From: Minisyncoccia bacterium
GTDB lineage: Bacteria; Patescibacteriota; Minisyncoccia; Phycocordibacterales; UBA6065
Assembly (NCBI GenBank): GCA_044233485.1
Contig: JBIIJY010000003.1
Coordinates: forward strand, 32,481 to 96,480
Direction of reading: 5' to 3'
DNA: 64,000 nt
Shown here: positions 38,301-46,094 of the stretch, piece by piece
Layout: each line of letters starts with the position of its first letter
Position numbering within the stretch: the stretch's first letter is position 1
Notes under the pieces: generated by a model
What the model saw: the letters and a program-made list of their open reading frames with translations, nothing else
Told to the model about the DNA's origin: nothing
The model's database searches: none
Translations under genes and position numbers: made by a program

Positions 38301-38480
38301 GGCAGGAATTTCTACAAAACCACTTACCAGGTACGGACCTTGCTCTTTGGTAAGTACCTTGTCCGTCACCAGTACCGGATCAAGCTCGGTAAGGGCATAT
38401 ATATTGTTCGGGAGTAGCAGAGCGCAGAAGAGACTGAAGATCAGAGTTACAGAATACACAACGTATTCATGTGATTTCAC
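35397..38480 (-). CDS. secreted/anchored multidomain protein: N-terminal parallel beta-helix region plus LCAT/PGAP1-like alpha/beta-hydrolase (lipase/acyltransferase) domain
   Basis: 1027 aa with a GTG start and an N-terminal signal/anchor (VTLIFSLFCALLLPNNIYA). Beta-helix-like repeats span about residues 50-390. The hydrolase part follows: VLFIPGFQGSRLY, YDWRYSP, the nucleophile elbow TILVHSNGGLVV and VVFVATPHLGAP. The C-terminus is a Lys-rich helical tail. Confidence 0.75.
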   Translation of the reverse strand: MKSHEYVVYSVTLIFSLFCALLLPNNIYALTELDPVLVTDKVLTKEQGPYLVSGFVEIPAGVILSVDPGVTVYFSDDGYLEVSGRFVARGTPTELVQLTSIQDLESGTETNYPFWNIETTGAGEIELIYTHLRRSEGGVWVNRTVPKIEHVLIEDFGGVGLLNTRESAVLTDIHVRDSYSGVYLSDTKKKIRIEGLVGIDANPLSLIRAKDVELVDARVLFTQPRNVAAVYARSSGLRLDNVTLLGMGRGQGVWSDHSTTTLASTTIEGFRTGIWTLEGNVQIEFSDIRANGNGIERAYTGPVILGFWEQLRSLFEVQAQSVSSDILRIENSSVRNNNVGILNNTENEVIATNVFWGDATGPYHASNPEGLGNEVTDLVSFRPWLTEVPVQESETACCSGVLFIPGFQGSRLYRQESRGGEDRLWEPNANADGRELHFSSTTRNPVTSGIYARDLVKPISAFEVYGQFEEWLQEFASRTNRNAGIFVYDWRYSPRQIVRGEYLADDPMGNTSESLRVQFRRLKEAAQNGKVTILVHSNGGLVVKEFIKTLEDSTDEEDKDLLRSIDKVVFVATPHLGAPQTIAALMFGYEQSIFFGIFQNKASAKKLGRDIPAPYYLLPTEKYYEHISTSTISFEQGGRTFSGINLSPYGRGVLNFQDQKSFLLASLDPNRPSYNSLLMPVKLDSQYYSDAEAFHSTFDNYQLPEHIRTFVVAGTGVPTLARFSYIDNDGTLDTRPTLTLAGDGTVPVVSATEMKSTTEAFYFDLYGHNTQNKNRAHASILSTKPVQTLLESIIVGSSTETIAHISQASSTYPGLSFSQISIHSPVSLELVDAQGRITNATTTEIPNSYYFEFGEAKYAGFVAGSNVQARLKGTGSGTFTTIISHVSADGVESSMQTVEDLPVSTALSGRVLYTGTSTRLELDVDSDGRVDTQIDTSKTLTPLQYLELIRGYVLALEVPPRVKKELLKEIGEIQKKLQKNKKTKNIRKEIQGFAREIKRSRLSKRHLGDSERDLLIRYIQQLLTNLN

Positions 38481-38577
38481 TCAATTTTATTTTATTGATA
38501 TACCGAAACTGTACCTCGTTTTTCTTTCTCTGTAATAGAGCTCTGTGGATAACTCGACTGTAGTGGGACTTTCCAGC

Positions 38578-38609
38578 AAACAAAAAACCCCTTGCGGGGT
38601 TTTTTGTTT
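38578..38609 (-). terminator. intrinsic terminator after the surface-protein gene
   Basis: Minus strand reads AAACAAAAAACCCC-GCAA-GGGGUUUUUUGUUU, 36 nt after the stop at 38645. Confidence 0.8.
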
Positions 38610-38644
38610 ACAAAGCGTATTAGGCTTTGAACTCGAGATCAGAA

Positions 38645-40459
38645 TTACGGATTCTGAACTGAAGTTCTCCAGTCTGTCTTACCAGACATGAAGTTTGATG
38701 TTGAGATTGTCGCTCCGTCGTCTGCTGACCATCGGATAGCGTCAATACCAATTGCTGTACCAGCGATTGGGTTTCCAGCAGCATCCTTACCTGGGAGTTC
38801 GAACACAAGATCACTAATAGTCATTGTGTTGTTTTCCTGGAGTCGGAAACTGTTAGAACCTACACCTGTTGTAACTACACCTGATGAAGGAATCGCAAAA
38901 CCTGATGACGAAGCGGTGAAGAATGTAACTTCTGAACCAGCGTTGTTATAGGTCTTGAATGCGAATGCTCGACTAGCTGAAGTTGAAGCCTGTGAACCGA
39001 ATGTAAGGTCTCCACCCTTAGCTGTAATCTGAACAGAGAACGAAGCCTTGATCGTAGATGTACTTAGAGTTGAACCACTGTTGTTAGATCCTGAAGTTGA
39101 AATTGTTCGACTGTTGAGGACGATAACTGGACCAGTGTTTCGAACATACATGTTTTCACCTGTAGCTGAACCTGTCTTTGTAGCAACTGAGTCACCACGT
39201 GAGTTTTCAGCTGTAACATCAGCAGCAACGAGTGTTCCCTTGAATACTGTTGCTGAAGTTCCTGCGTTTCGAACGTCTACTGCGACTGTATAAGTCTTTG
39301 TAGAGTCCTTTGCAACTACTACACTGTCGATGTTTGTGAAGTTAGCTTCGTATGAGTTTACAGCGTCAAATACTGGTGTAATTGACTCGATAACTGTTGA
39401 ACCATCCATGAGGTAGACGTTACTGAATGTTGCTGAACCTGAAGTTGTTGCGATCTTGATTGTAAGATCTGTAACATCAACTGAATCTTTCTCAGCTCGG
39501 AGGTCGAATGAGAAGAGAGTGACTTTGTCAGCCTCGTTCTCAAGTGAACCTGAAGTTGCAACCACGTCTGTAGACTTGATTGTACTTGAGTTTGTAGAAA
39601 GTGTAAGTCGAGATGAGTCAACCTGATCAGCATCCACATTCATACTTCTTGAAAGAGCTGAGTTTGGAGCGAATTGATCGATCGCAGCACCATCTACACC
39701 TCGAATTCCGTCAGTTCCAATTGTGATTGTGTAGTCTGATGAGAGATCAGTTGAGTCAATTGAAGAGAATACATCGGCTGCGATGTAAAGATTCTTCTTT
39801 GTGTTCTTTCCGATTACATAACTAAAGTTTGAGATAGTTACGTAATAGTTTGAACCATCCTTAACAACTGTTGATGAGTTGAGGTCAACTTCAGCGACTG
39901 TGTTCATTGAATCATCAAGAACATACAATCGATCGTAGATCTTGTTATAGATCTTTGTTGAGTTTCCAAGATCGAGCTTTACTCGCTGAACATTGATGTC
40001 TGAGTTTTTAGCCTCAAGTCGTGCTGCATAGACAACAACTTTCTTGTCTCCTTCGTAGATTGTTGTAGGAACATTCTGTGAAGTAAGAGCCATAGAAAGA
40101 GTTCCTTCTACACCTGTGTTACCCGCAACTGGAGTGTATCCAGATGGAGTAGATGGAGTAGAAACAACTGATGTTCCGTTAGCTTTAGCTCGAGTGATTG
40201 GACCAAAGAATCCAGCTGCTGGTGTAATACCATTTGCCTGCTGGAAAGCGATGACCGCAGCTCGAGTAAGAGGACCAAAATATGCAGTTGGAGCTGAGAT
40301 TTTGAGGAACCCCTTTGAAATAAGGAAGGACTGGAGAGCTGAAACTTCAGCACCTCGTGATCCTACGGTAAGGTTTGTGTTGAATGTCATTGTCTGAGCT
40401 GAAGCAGAAACTGCTACAACAAAGGCAAATGATGCCAACGCGATTGCTAATTTTTTCAT
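38645..40459 (-). CDS. secreted cell-surface protein with N-terminal peptidoglycan-binding (PG_binding_1) domain and a long Ser/Thr/Asn/Val-rich beta-rich region
   Basis: 604 aa. Signal peptide MKKLAIALASFAFVVAVSASAQT. The PG-binding repeat is SRGAEVSALQSFLISKGF...FGPLTRAAVIAFQQANGI. The remainder is low complexity and beta-strand-like. A strong terminator lies downstream and 630 bp of non-coding DNA upstream. Confidence 0.8.
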   Translation of the reverse strand: MKKLAIALASFAFVVAVSASAQTMTFNTNLTVGSRGAEVSALQSFLISKGFLKISAPTAYFGPLTRAAVIAFQQANGITPAAGFFGPITRAKANGTSVVSTPSTPSGYTPVAGNTGVEGTLSMALTSQNVPTTIYEGDKKVVVYAARLEAKNSDINVQRVKLDLGNSTKIYNKIYDRLYVLDDSMNTVAEVDLNSSTVVKDGSNYYVTISNFSYVIGKNTKKNLYIAADVFSSIDSTDLSSDYTITIGTDGIRGVDGAAIDQFAPNSALSRSMNVDADQVDSSRLTLSTNSSTIKSTDVVATSGSLENEADKVTLFSFDLRAEKDSVDVTDLTIKIATTSGSATFSNVYLMDGSTVIESITPVFDAVNSYEANFTNIDSVVVAKDSTKTYTVAVDVRNAGTSATVFKGTLVAADVTAENSRGDSVATKTGSATGENMYVRNTGPVIVLNSRTISTSGSNNSGSTLSTSTIKASFSVQITAKGGDLTFGSQASTSASRAFAFKTYNNAGSEVTFFTASSSGFAIPSSGVVTTGVGSNSFRLQENNTMTISDLVFELPGKDAAGNPIAGTAIGIDAIRWSADDGATISTSNFMSGKTDWRTSVQNP

Positions 40460-40901
40460 ATATGAATCAATTAATTAAGTACTTTCTCTTCTTAACAAGT
40501 AAGTCTTATAAGTTTGCGAAGATACTCATACGGTTTTGAAGTCCGGATTATTTCGTGTCGAACGAAAGTGTTCCGTCTTCTACGAACTCTTTTGACGGAG
40601 TCCGTTCTACTAATTTCGATTGTGTTTCTATACGAGATAGAATTCGACACACGCACGAAAGTTAGCATACATATCTAACTGTCTTTTCAGAATTTCTGTC
40701 GATGTCTGAATAAGGAATATCGGGAGTGTGCCACAACGTTTTATACTGCCTAATTGAGTTGTAAACGTTCTGGTTTGTATGAAGTAGTGATACGACATAC
40801 GAGCAAGGATAAGCACCCTTGCTTGCGTACAGTATATCGAACCTACATACAAAAATCACGTCGGTGTGGATAGTAAAGCGTAAATATCGATAAAATCGTT
40901 A

Positions 40902-40964
40902 TTTTTAGGCCTTTTTTACCCATCTCACCAACGTATACTAGTATAGCACATTTTGGCCTAAAAA
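40902..40964. repeat. 10-bp perfect inverted repeat (TTTTTAGGCC / GGCCTAAAAA) flanking a 12-bp palindrome TATACTAGTATA
   Basis: Read directly: arms at 40902-40911 and 40955-40964, palindrome at 40934-40945. On the minus strand the palindrome reads TGC-TATACT, an extended -10-like element. Confidence 0.7.
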
Positions 40965-41093
40965 GCTATATTTTGCCTACATAGCCTAGCCAGAGAGCCA
41001 GGGCACAGAACGAGTGAAAAATAGCTCAAGAAACACACTTTAAAACTCGAGTTTTTCACTACAAAACTTCATCGACTCTTTAAAAGGCTACTC

Positions 41094-41882
41094 TTAACTA
41101 GTAAGTGAATATTTTGACCAGCGACGCTCCCCGGTACGGACCACCACCCCCTCTTCAACGAGTGTATTGAGCTCTCGCTGAATCGTCTTTTCAGATACAT
41201 CGGCGATCACGTGCGAGAAATCTTTTATCGTCAAATTTGGTCTTGTTTTTAAGATAGTAACAATCGTATTTCTTCGCGCAGTATTCTTAGTTTGAAGTGA
41301 AGGCAATGATCTGGTATTTGACACCACAGGAACACTGTCGGGCACATCACTCTCTATAACTGTCCCGGCATTTTTAGGAGGCACTTCAACCGATCGAGAC
41401 CCTTTATCTATACCGCCCACCTCAGAGAGCTCTTTAGGAGAATGTCTTTTATGTGTAACTACATGTCCTTTATAGTACTGCTCTTCAAAACCAGTCTCAA
41501 ACTCACCTTTTGTGTCGAATCGAAGCTCTGCAATAAGGTCGGCTTTATTGGCACCCGAAATCTGAACGAATGTTTTCAGGTAGCGAATCTCATCACGGAC
41601 AATAAGGTACTGACCCTCATTTAAGTACCCAGAGTTTCGAGTGAGTTGTAGATAAAATTCAATCTCAGAGAGAAGGCCATGAATCGAAGCCTGCACACCG
41701 AATACATTCTTACCCTGATCAAGGCAGACACTCTCGGCAAGCTTAGTAACCAGGAGGGTCGAGGTTGGTAGAAATGCGCCATTCATGAACTTATTCATAA
41801 TCAGTAAAAAGACATTAGCGATTTTTGCTGTCTTTTTTTGTATAAATTCACTCTTGTCTTTTATTTTGTCGCTATGATTCAT
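41094..41882 (-). CDS. putative transcriptional regulator: N-terminal four-helix-bundle-like domain, disordered linker, C-terminal DeoR-type winged HTH
   Basis: The C-terminus RRNTIVTILKTRPNLTIKDFSHVIADVSEKTIQRELNTLVEEGVVVRTGERRWSKYSL is a typical wHTH. The N-terminal ...ASIHGLLSEIEFYLQLTRNSGYLNEGQYLIVRDEIRYLKTF resembles four-helix-bundle (IVS-like) proteins. First ATG is at 41882; the track starts at TTG 41909. Confidence 0.7.
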   Translation of the reverse strand: MNHSDKIKDKSEFIQKKTAKIANVFLLIMNKFMNGAFLPTSTLLVTKLAESVCLDQGKNVFGVQASIHGLLSEIEFYLQLTRNSGYLNEGQYLIVRDEIRYLKTFVQISGANKADLIAELRFDTKGEFETGFEEQYYKGHVVTHKRHSPKELSEVGGIDKGSRSVEVPPKNAGTVIESDVPDSVPVVSNTRSLPSLQTKNTARRNTIVTILKTRPNLTIKDFSHVIADVSEKTIQRELNTLVEEGVVVRTGERRWSKYSLTS

Positions 41883-41982
41883 GCTTATATATAAGACACG
41901 ATATTGCAAAATGTATTACTTATAAAAGACTTATTTTGCTGATACCTATCTCGGTTGGTGCTTAGTATATAAGACAATTGCA
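41882..41982. repeat. imperfect direct repeat TGCTTA(n)TATATAAGACA(n)ATTGCA, two copies
   Basis: Copy A is at 41882-41908 and abuts the regulator ATG. Copy B is at 41959-41982. Both lie in the divergent regulator/ftsK intergenic region. Confidence 0.5.
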
Positions 41983-42104
41983 GTGATTCAACTGTTTCAA
42001 AGCTTGGAGCCGTGTTGTATTACTCTGTCCCTGACAAACCTCCAGCTCGCCTTCTCAAAACTTGCTCGACAACTTATTCACAGTTGGGTTTACATGCTAA
42101 AATA

Positions 42105-44399
42105 ATGAGCATAATGGCGACCAAACCAAAAGACATTTCATCAAAGCAGTCTCTCGAGCTCGACGATCTTTCACTTGAAACAATCGACGGCGAGCCCCTC
42201 TTCGAAACGGCGGATAGTAGTCGTAGTAAAAAGACTCGCCGGAGTAAGTCAAAGAAGGAGGACTCTGGCCTTTCTGATCAGACTATTCAAATTCTCTATG
42301 CGATCGGCTTCTTTGTGTTTGGAATCTTTTTTTCTGCCTCAGCGATCAACAAAGCTGGAGTATTTGGCGAGATGGTTTTTAGTGGAGTGAGCAAAGCTTT
42401 GGGTTATGGCTATTACCTCCTCCCAATCCTTCTCATCGCTCTCGGTCTCGCCTTCCTTGCTGATTTCAAACGACGCTTCGATATGTGGCGCGGCATCGGC
42501 TCTGTATTGTTTTTCCTTTCATGTCTGGGACTGATGCAGACAATCGAAGAAGGAGCTGGTGGAGTGCTCGGAACTTTGGTTGCCCTTCCGCTTCTCCGAT
42601 CGATCGATACCTACATGACAGTGATTATTTTGGTGGCACTCATCCCTGTATCACTCGTCATTACTTTTGATGTAGAAGTAATCACCCGAGTCCGTGAATG
42701 GCTACTTGCACTCAGTGCTCGACTACTCTCACTCTTCAAGCGAGCACCACGGGATCAAGAGGTAAAAATCTCTTCTGATTATGAAGAAGCATCAGTCGAG
42801 GAGGATGAGGAGCCCATACCAGTACCCGAAGAAGATGAAGAGGTCGCCCCTGTGCTTGCCCCTGCAACTCTTCCCGACCCTGTTCCTGACCTGAAGGCAA
42901 ATTCGATTGTGTTTAAATTCTCAGACAAAGAGTATAAAGCCCCTCCGCTTTCACTCCTTGAAAAGGATAAGGGTAAAGCTGGGGTCGGTGACATTAAGGC
43001 CAATGCCAATATCATCAAGCGCACACTTGGAAACTTCGGCATTGATGTGGAGATGGATGAAATTACTATTGGTCCTTCTGTAACACGTTTCGCCCTCAAA
43101 CCAGCTGAAGGAGTGAAGCTCTCAAAGATCGTTGCCCTTGGCAATGACTTGTCGCTTGCGCTTGCCGCTCACCCACTACGTATCGAAGCGCCAATCCCTG
43201 GAAAATCCCTCGTTGGTATCGAGATACCTAATCACACCAAAACAACTGTCGGTCTCGGAAGTGTCTTGGCTACTGAGGAGTTTAAGAATTCCGACAAAGC
43301 GCTCTATGTCGCACTCGGTAAGACTATTTCAGGCAAGCCTCTCTACTCGAATATCGCTAAAATGCCCCATTCGCTTGTCGCTGGTACTACCGGCTCGGGT
43401 AAATCGGTCATGATACACGCGATCATCAACTCTCTCTTGTACCGAAATGGTCCAGATGCCCTAAAATTCATCATGGTGGATCCAAAACGTGTTGAGTTGA
43501 CGCTCTACAACAATATTCCTCATCTCCTCACCCCGGTCATTACAGAGCCAAAAAAGGCTATCTTGGCGCTCAAGTGGGCAACTAAAGAAATGGAACGTCG
43601 TTATGAGATTCTTCAGGAACATAAAGTTCGAGATATCGACTCATACCACAAAAATGTCGTTCACCCACGACGCGAAGGAGGACTTGAAGTCGATCCGATG
43701 CCCTACATCGTGGTCATCATGGATGAAATTGCCGACCTTATGCAGACATATCCTCGTGAACTTGAATCAGGTATCGTCCGTCTCGCTCAGATGAGTCGTG
43801 CGGTCGGTATACACCTCATCCTCGCCACCCAACGCCCTTCAGTAAATGTCATTACTGGTCTCATCAAAGCAAACATTCCTACCCGCCTCGCCCTCAAGGT
43901 TGCTTCACAGGTCGATTCTCGAACTATTATCGACACCGTCGGTGCGGAAACGCTGCTCGGATATGGTGACATGCTCTACGTCTCGAGTGACAACTCAAAA
44001 CCAACCCGAGTTCAATCTCCATTCATTTCTGAAGTAGAGGTAAAGAAAGTGGTTGACTATTTGATCTCAAACTACCGCGACGAGCTTTCTGATGAAATCA
44101 ACCTCACCGGAACAACCCCCGCAGAGAAAGATCCGATTTTTGACTCAATGAATTCTTCTGGTGGAAATGACTTTGGCGACGATGATGATGACGATATGTA
44201 TGAGGATGCAAAAGCAGCCGTTCTCGAAGCTGGTAAAGCCTCTACATCGTATATACAACGTAAACTTCGTGTGGGATACTCTCGAGCAGCTCGCCTGGTC
44301 GACCTTCTTGAGAAGCGCGGAGTTATCGGCCCCGCTGATGGCGCAAAGCCACGACAGGTAATTTCTGATGGCGCAGGAGCTGCAAACGAACAAAACTAA
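42105..44399 (+). CDS. ftsK: DNA translocase FtsK/SpoIIIE
   Basis: N-terminal TM segments, an acidic/Pro-rich linker, the motor domain (VAGTTGSGKSV Walker A, VVIMDEIADL Walker B) and the C-terminal gamma wHTH (TSYIQRKLRVGYSRAARLVDLLEKRGVIGP). ATG starts are at 42105 or 42114; the track starts at an upstream alternative codon, 42012. Confidence 0.93.
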   Translation: MSIMATKPKDISSKQSLELDDLSLETIDGEPLFETADSSRSKKTRRSKSKKEDSGLSDQTIQILYAIGFFVFGIFFSASAINKAGVFGEMVFSGVSKALGYGYYLLPILLIALGLAFLADFKRRFDMWRGIGSVLFFLSCLGLMQTIEEGAGGVLGTLVALPLLRSIDTYMTVIILVALIPVSLVITFDVEVITRVREWLLALSARLLSLFKRAPRDQEVKISSDYEEASVEEDEEPIPVPEEDEEVAPVLAPATLPDPVPDLKANSIVFKFSDKEYKAPPLSLLEKDKGKAGVGDIKANANIIKRTLGNFGIDVEMDEITIGPSVTRFALKPAEGVKLSKIVALGNDLSLALAAHPLRIEAPIPGKSLVGIEIPNHTKTTVGLGSVLATEEFKNSDKALYVALGKTISGKPLYSNIAKMPHSLVAGTTGSGKSVMIHAIINSLLYRNGPDALKFIMVDPKRVELTLYNNIPHLLTPVITEPKKAILALKWATKEMERRYEILQEHKVRDIDSYHKNVVHPRREGGLEVDPMPYIVVIMDEIADLMQTYPRELESGIVRLAQMSRAVGIHLILATQRPSVNVITGLIKANIPTRLALKVASQVDSRTIIDTVGAETLLGYGDMLYVSSDNSKPTRVQSPFISEVEVKKVVDYLISNYRDELSDEINLTGTTPAEKDPIFDSMNSSGGNDFGDDDDDDMYEDAKAAVLEAGKASTSYIQRKLRVGYSRAARLVDLLEKRGVIGPADGAKPRQVISDGAGAANEQN

Positions 44400-44752
44400 T
44401 GACTGAACGAGCACGCACACGACATACACTACGATCGGTACTTCTCGGATTACTGCTTCTTTTTATTGCCGGCTATTCCCTCTTTGAGTTCCGACAAGTA
44501 CTCGCGAGTCCACAGATCACCATCATCTCTCCTCGAACCGCAAAGATTGCCAACGCCACCACCACTCGCATCCTCGGCGAAACAAAAAATGTCTCTTCGA
44601 TTACCTTGAATGAACGTACGATTTACGTTGACAGAAATGGAAATTTCAGTGAAGAGGTAGTTCTCGCTTCTGGATATAATATACTTTCATTTGAAGCACG
44701 AGATCGTTTCGGTAAAAAAATTACTAAAAAAGTAGAACTTATCCGCGAATAA
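44399..44752 (+). CDS. membrane-anchored hypothetical protein (single TM plus small beta-rich domain)
   Basis: 117 aa. The ATG overlaps the ftsK stop (TAATG). A TM anchor LRSVLLGLLLLFIAGY is followed by an Ig-like-looking segment. No family recognised. Confidence 0.6.
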   Translation: MTERARTRHTLRSVLLGLLLLFIAGYSLFEFRQVLASPQITIISPRTAKIANATTTRILGETKNVSSITLNERTIYVDRNGNFSEEVVLASGYNILSFEARDRFGKKITKKVELIRE

Positions 44753-44763
44753 TTTAGTCATCT

Positions 44764-45828
44764 ATGGCAAAAACAAAAAAGAAAGTCGAAGTACCTCTCG
44801 AAGAACACACTCCGGAGGTTGCTACCCCGACGCCAGCTGTCACTCGACCAAACATTGATTCGATTAAAGACACCTTGAATTCAATCAAGGCAAAGTTTGG
44901 TGAAGAATCAATCATGAAGCTTGGCGAAACACCAAAAGTCGACATCAATGTCATTCCAACAGGCTCACTTGGACTTGATGCAGCACTTGGTGTTGGCGGC
45001 CTTCCCCGCGGTCGAATCATCGAGATTTTTGGCCCAGAATCATCGGGTAAAACCACTCTCGCCCTCTCAGTGATCGCTGAAGCACAAAAGACTGGTGGTA
45101 TTTGTGCATTTATCGATGCTGAGCACGCCCTCGACCCAGAATATGCTAAGCGACTCGGTGTACTCCTTGATGAGCTTCTCATCTCACAACCAGACACTGG
45201 TGAACAAGCCCTTGAAATTACCGAAAGTCTTGTCCGTTCTGGAAAAATAGATGTTATTGTCATTGACTCTGTCGCCGCTCTCACCCCAAAAGATGAAATC
45301 GAGGGTGATATGGGTGCTCACCACGTAGGTAAACAAGCACGCCTCATGGCTCAAGCCCTTCGAAAACTGACGGCAATTACTGCCAAGTCAAAGACGATGA
45401 TTATTTTCATCAATCAGATCCGTATGCAGATCGGCGTGATGTTTGGTAACCCAGAGACTACCCCAGGAGGAAAGGCTTTGAAATTCTACACCTCAGTTCG
45501 TCTTGATATTCGACGAATCGCCCAGATCAAAAAAGGTGAAGAAGTAATGGGCGGACGAGTCCGAGTCAAGGTGGTGAAAAACAAAGTGGCCGCTCCATTC
45601 AAGCAGACAGAATTCGACTTAATGTATAACGAAGGTATTTCAAAGGAGGGTGAATTGATCGCCCTTGGAGAAAGTTTTGGAATCATGACAAAGTCTGGAA
45701 CCTCGTATGACTATGAAGGGGTGAAGCTCGGTCGAGGATATGACGCAACTCGACAGTTTCTACGCGAGAATAAAACCGTCGCAGACGAAATCCTCAGTAA
45801 GATACGTGCAAAACTTCGCGAAATATAA
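44764..45828 (+). CDS. recA: recombinase RecA
   Basis: 354 aa. Contains [19 protein letters not shown] (Walker A), [20 protein letters not shown] and the L2 loop [22 protein letters not shown]. Confidence 0.98.
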   Translation: MAKTKKKVEVPLEEHTPEVATPTPAVTRPNIDSIKDTLNSIKAKFGEESIMKLGETPKVDINVIPTGSLGLDAALGVGGLPRGRIIEIFGPESSGKTTLALSVIAEAQKTGGICAFIDAEHALDPEYAKRLGVLLDELLISQPDTGEQALEITESLVRSGKIDVIVIDSVAALTPKDEIEGDMGAHHVGKQARLMAQALRKLTAITAKSKTMIIFINQIRMQIGVMFGNPETTPGGKALKFYTSVRLDIRRIAQIKKGEEVMGGRVRVKVVKNKVAAPFKQTEFDLMYNEGISKEGELIALGESFGIMTKSGTSYDYEGVKLGRGYDATRQFLRENKTVADEILSKIRAKLREI

Positions 45829-45850
45829 ATTTCGTTTTATACTCTAGAAC

Positions 45851-46027
45851 ATGAAAACTATGTACTGGATTGTCTTCATTATTGCCGGATTACTCTTCTA
45901 CGTATTTCCCTATCTTAAGAAGTACAATGAGGTTATCTTCACCATACCAAGTATCTCACTGACTGTCGGCGGGATTCTCATTGGTGTAGGGCTCATCGGA
46001 CTCATCCTTCGAAGGAACGAGTACTAA
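45851..46027 (+). CDS. small two-TM membrane protein (58 aa), not in the supplied ORF track
   Basis: My own translation: MKTMYWIVFIIAGLLFYVFPYLKKYNEVIFTIPSISLTVGGILIGVGLIGLILRRNEY. It starts 22 nt after recA and is followed by a strong terminator. Coding status is unproven. Confidence 0.45.
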   Translation: MKTMYWIVFIIAGLLFYVFPYLKKYNEVIFTIPSISLTVGGILIGVGLIGLILRRNEY

Positions 46028-46043
46028 TCTCTTCTGTACCCAT

Positions 46044-46079
46044 ACAAAAACACCCTCGAAAATTCGAGGGTGTTTTTGT
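46044..46079. terminator. bidirectional intrinsic terminator between the recA unit (+) and efp (-)
   Basis: ACAAAAACACCCTCG-AAAATT-CGAGGGTGTTTTTGT: an 8-10 bp GC-rich stem with complementary A/T tracts. Confidence 0.8.
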
Positions 46080-46094
46080 ATCTTGATTCTTAGA

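Noticed and set aside
38565-38574. GGAAAGUCCC (minus strand), reminiscent of the RNase P RNA CR-I motif GAGGAAAGUCC.
   Set aside because: The surrounding non-coding space is only about 100 nt, and the other conserved RNase P blocks (for example ACAGAAcCCGGCUUA) are absent.
38688-40397. Multiple 80-95 aa ORFs in other frames and on the other strand inside the surface-protein gene.
   Set aside because: They are by-products of the strongly biased, repetitive Ser/Thr/Val codon composition of the 604-aa gene.
40628-40859. Two overlapping minus-strand ORFs (74 and 65 aa) in the long region upstream of the surface-protein gene.
   Set aside because: They overlap each other in different frames. Their products are not membrane-like or basic-protein-like, and they lie in what looks like a 5' leader. 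Treated as non-coding.
44754-45284. 176-aa ORF on the minus strand.
   Set aside because: It is antisense to recA, with a Ser/Arg/Pro-rich low-complexity translation. It is a shadow ORF.
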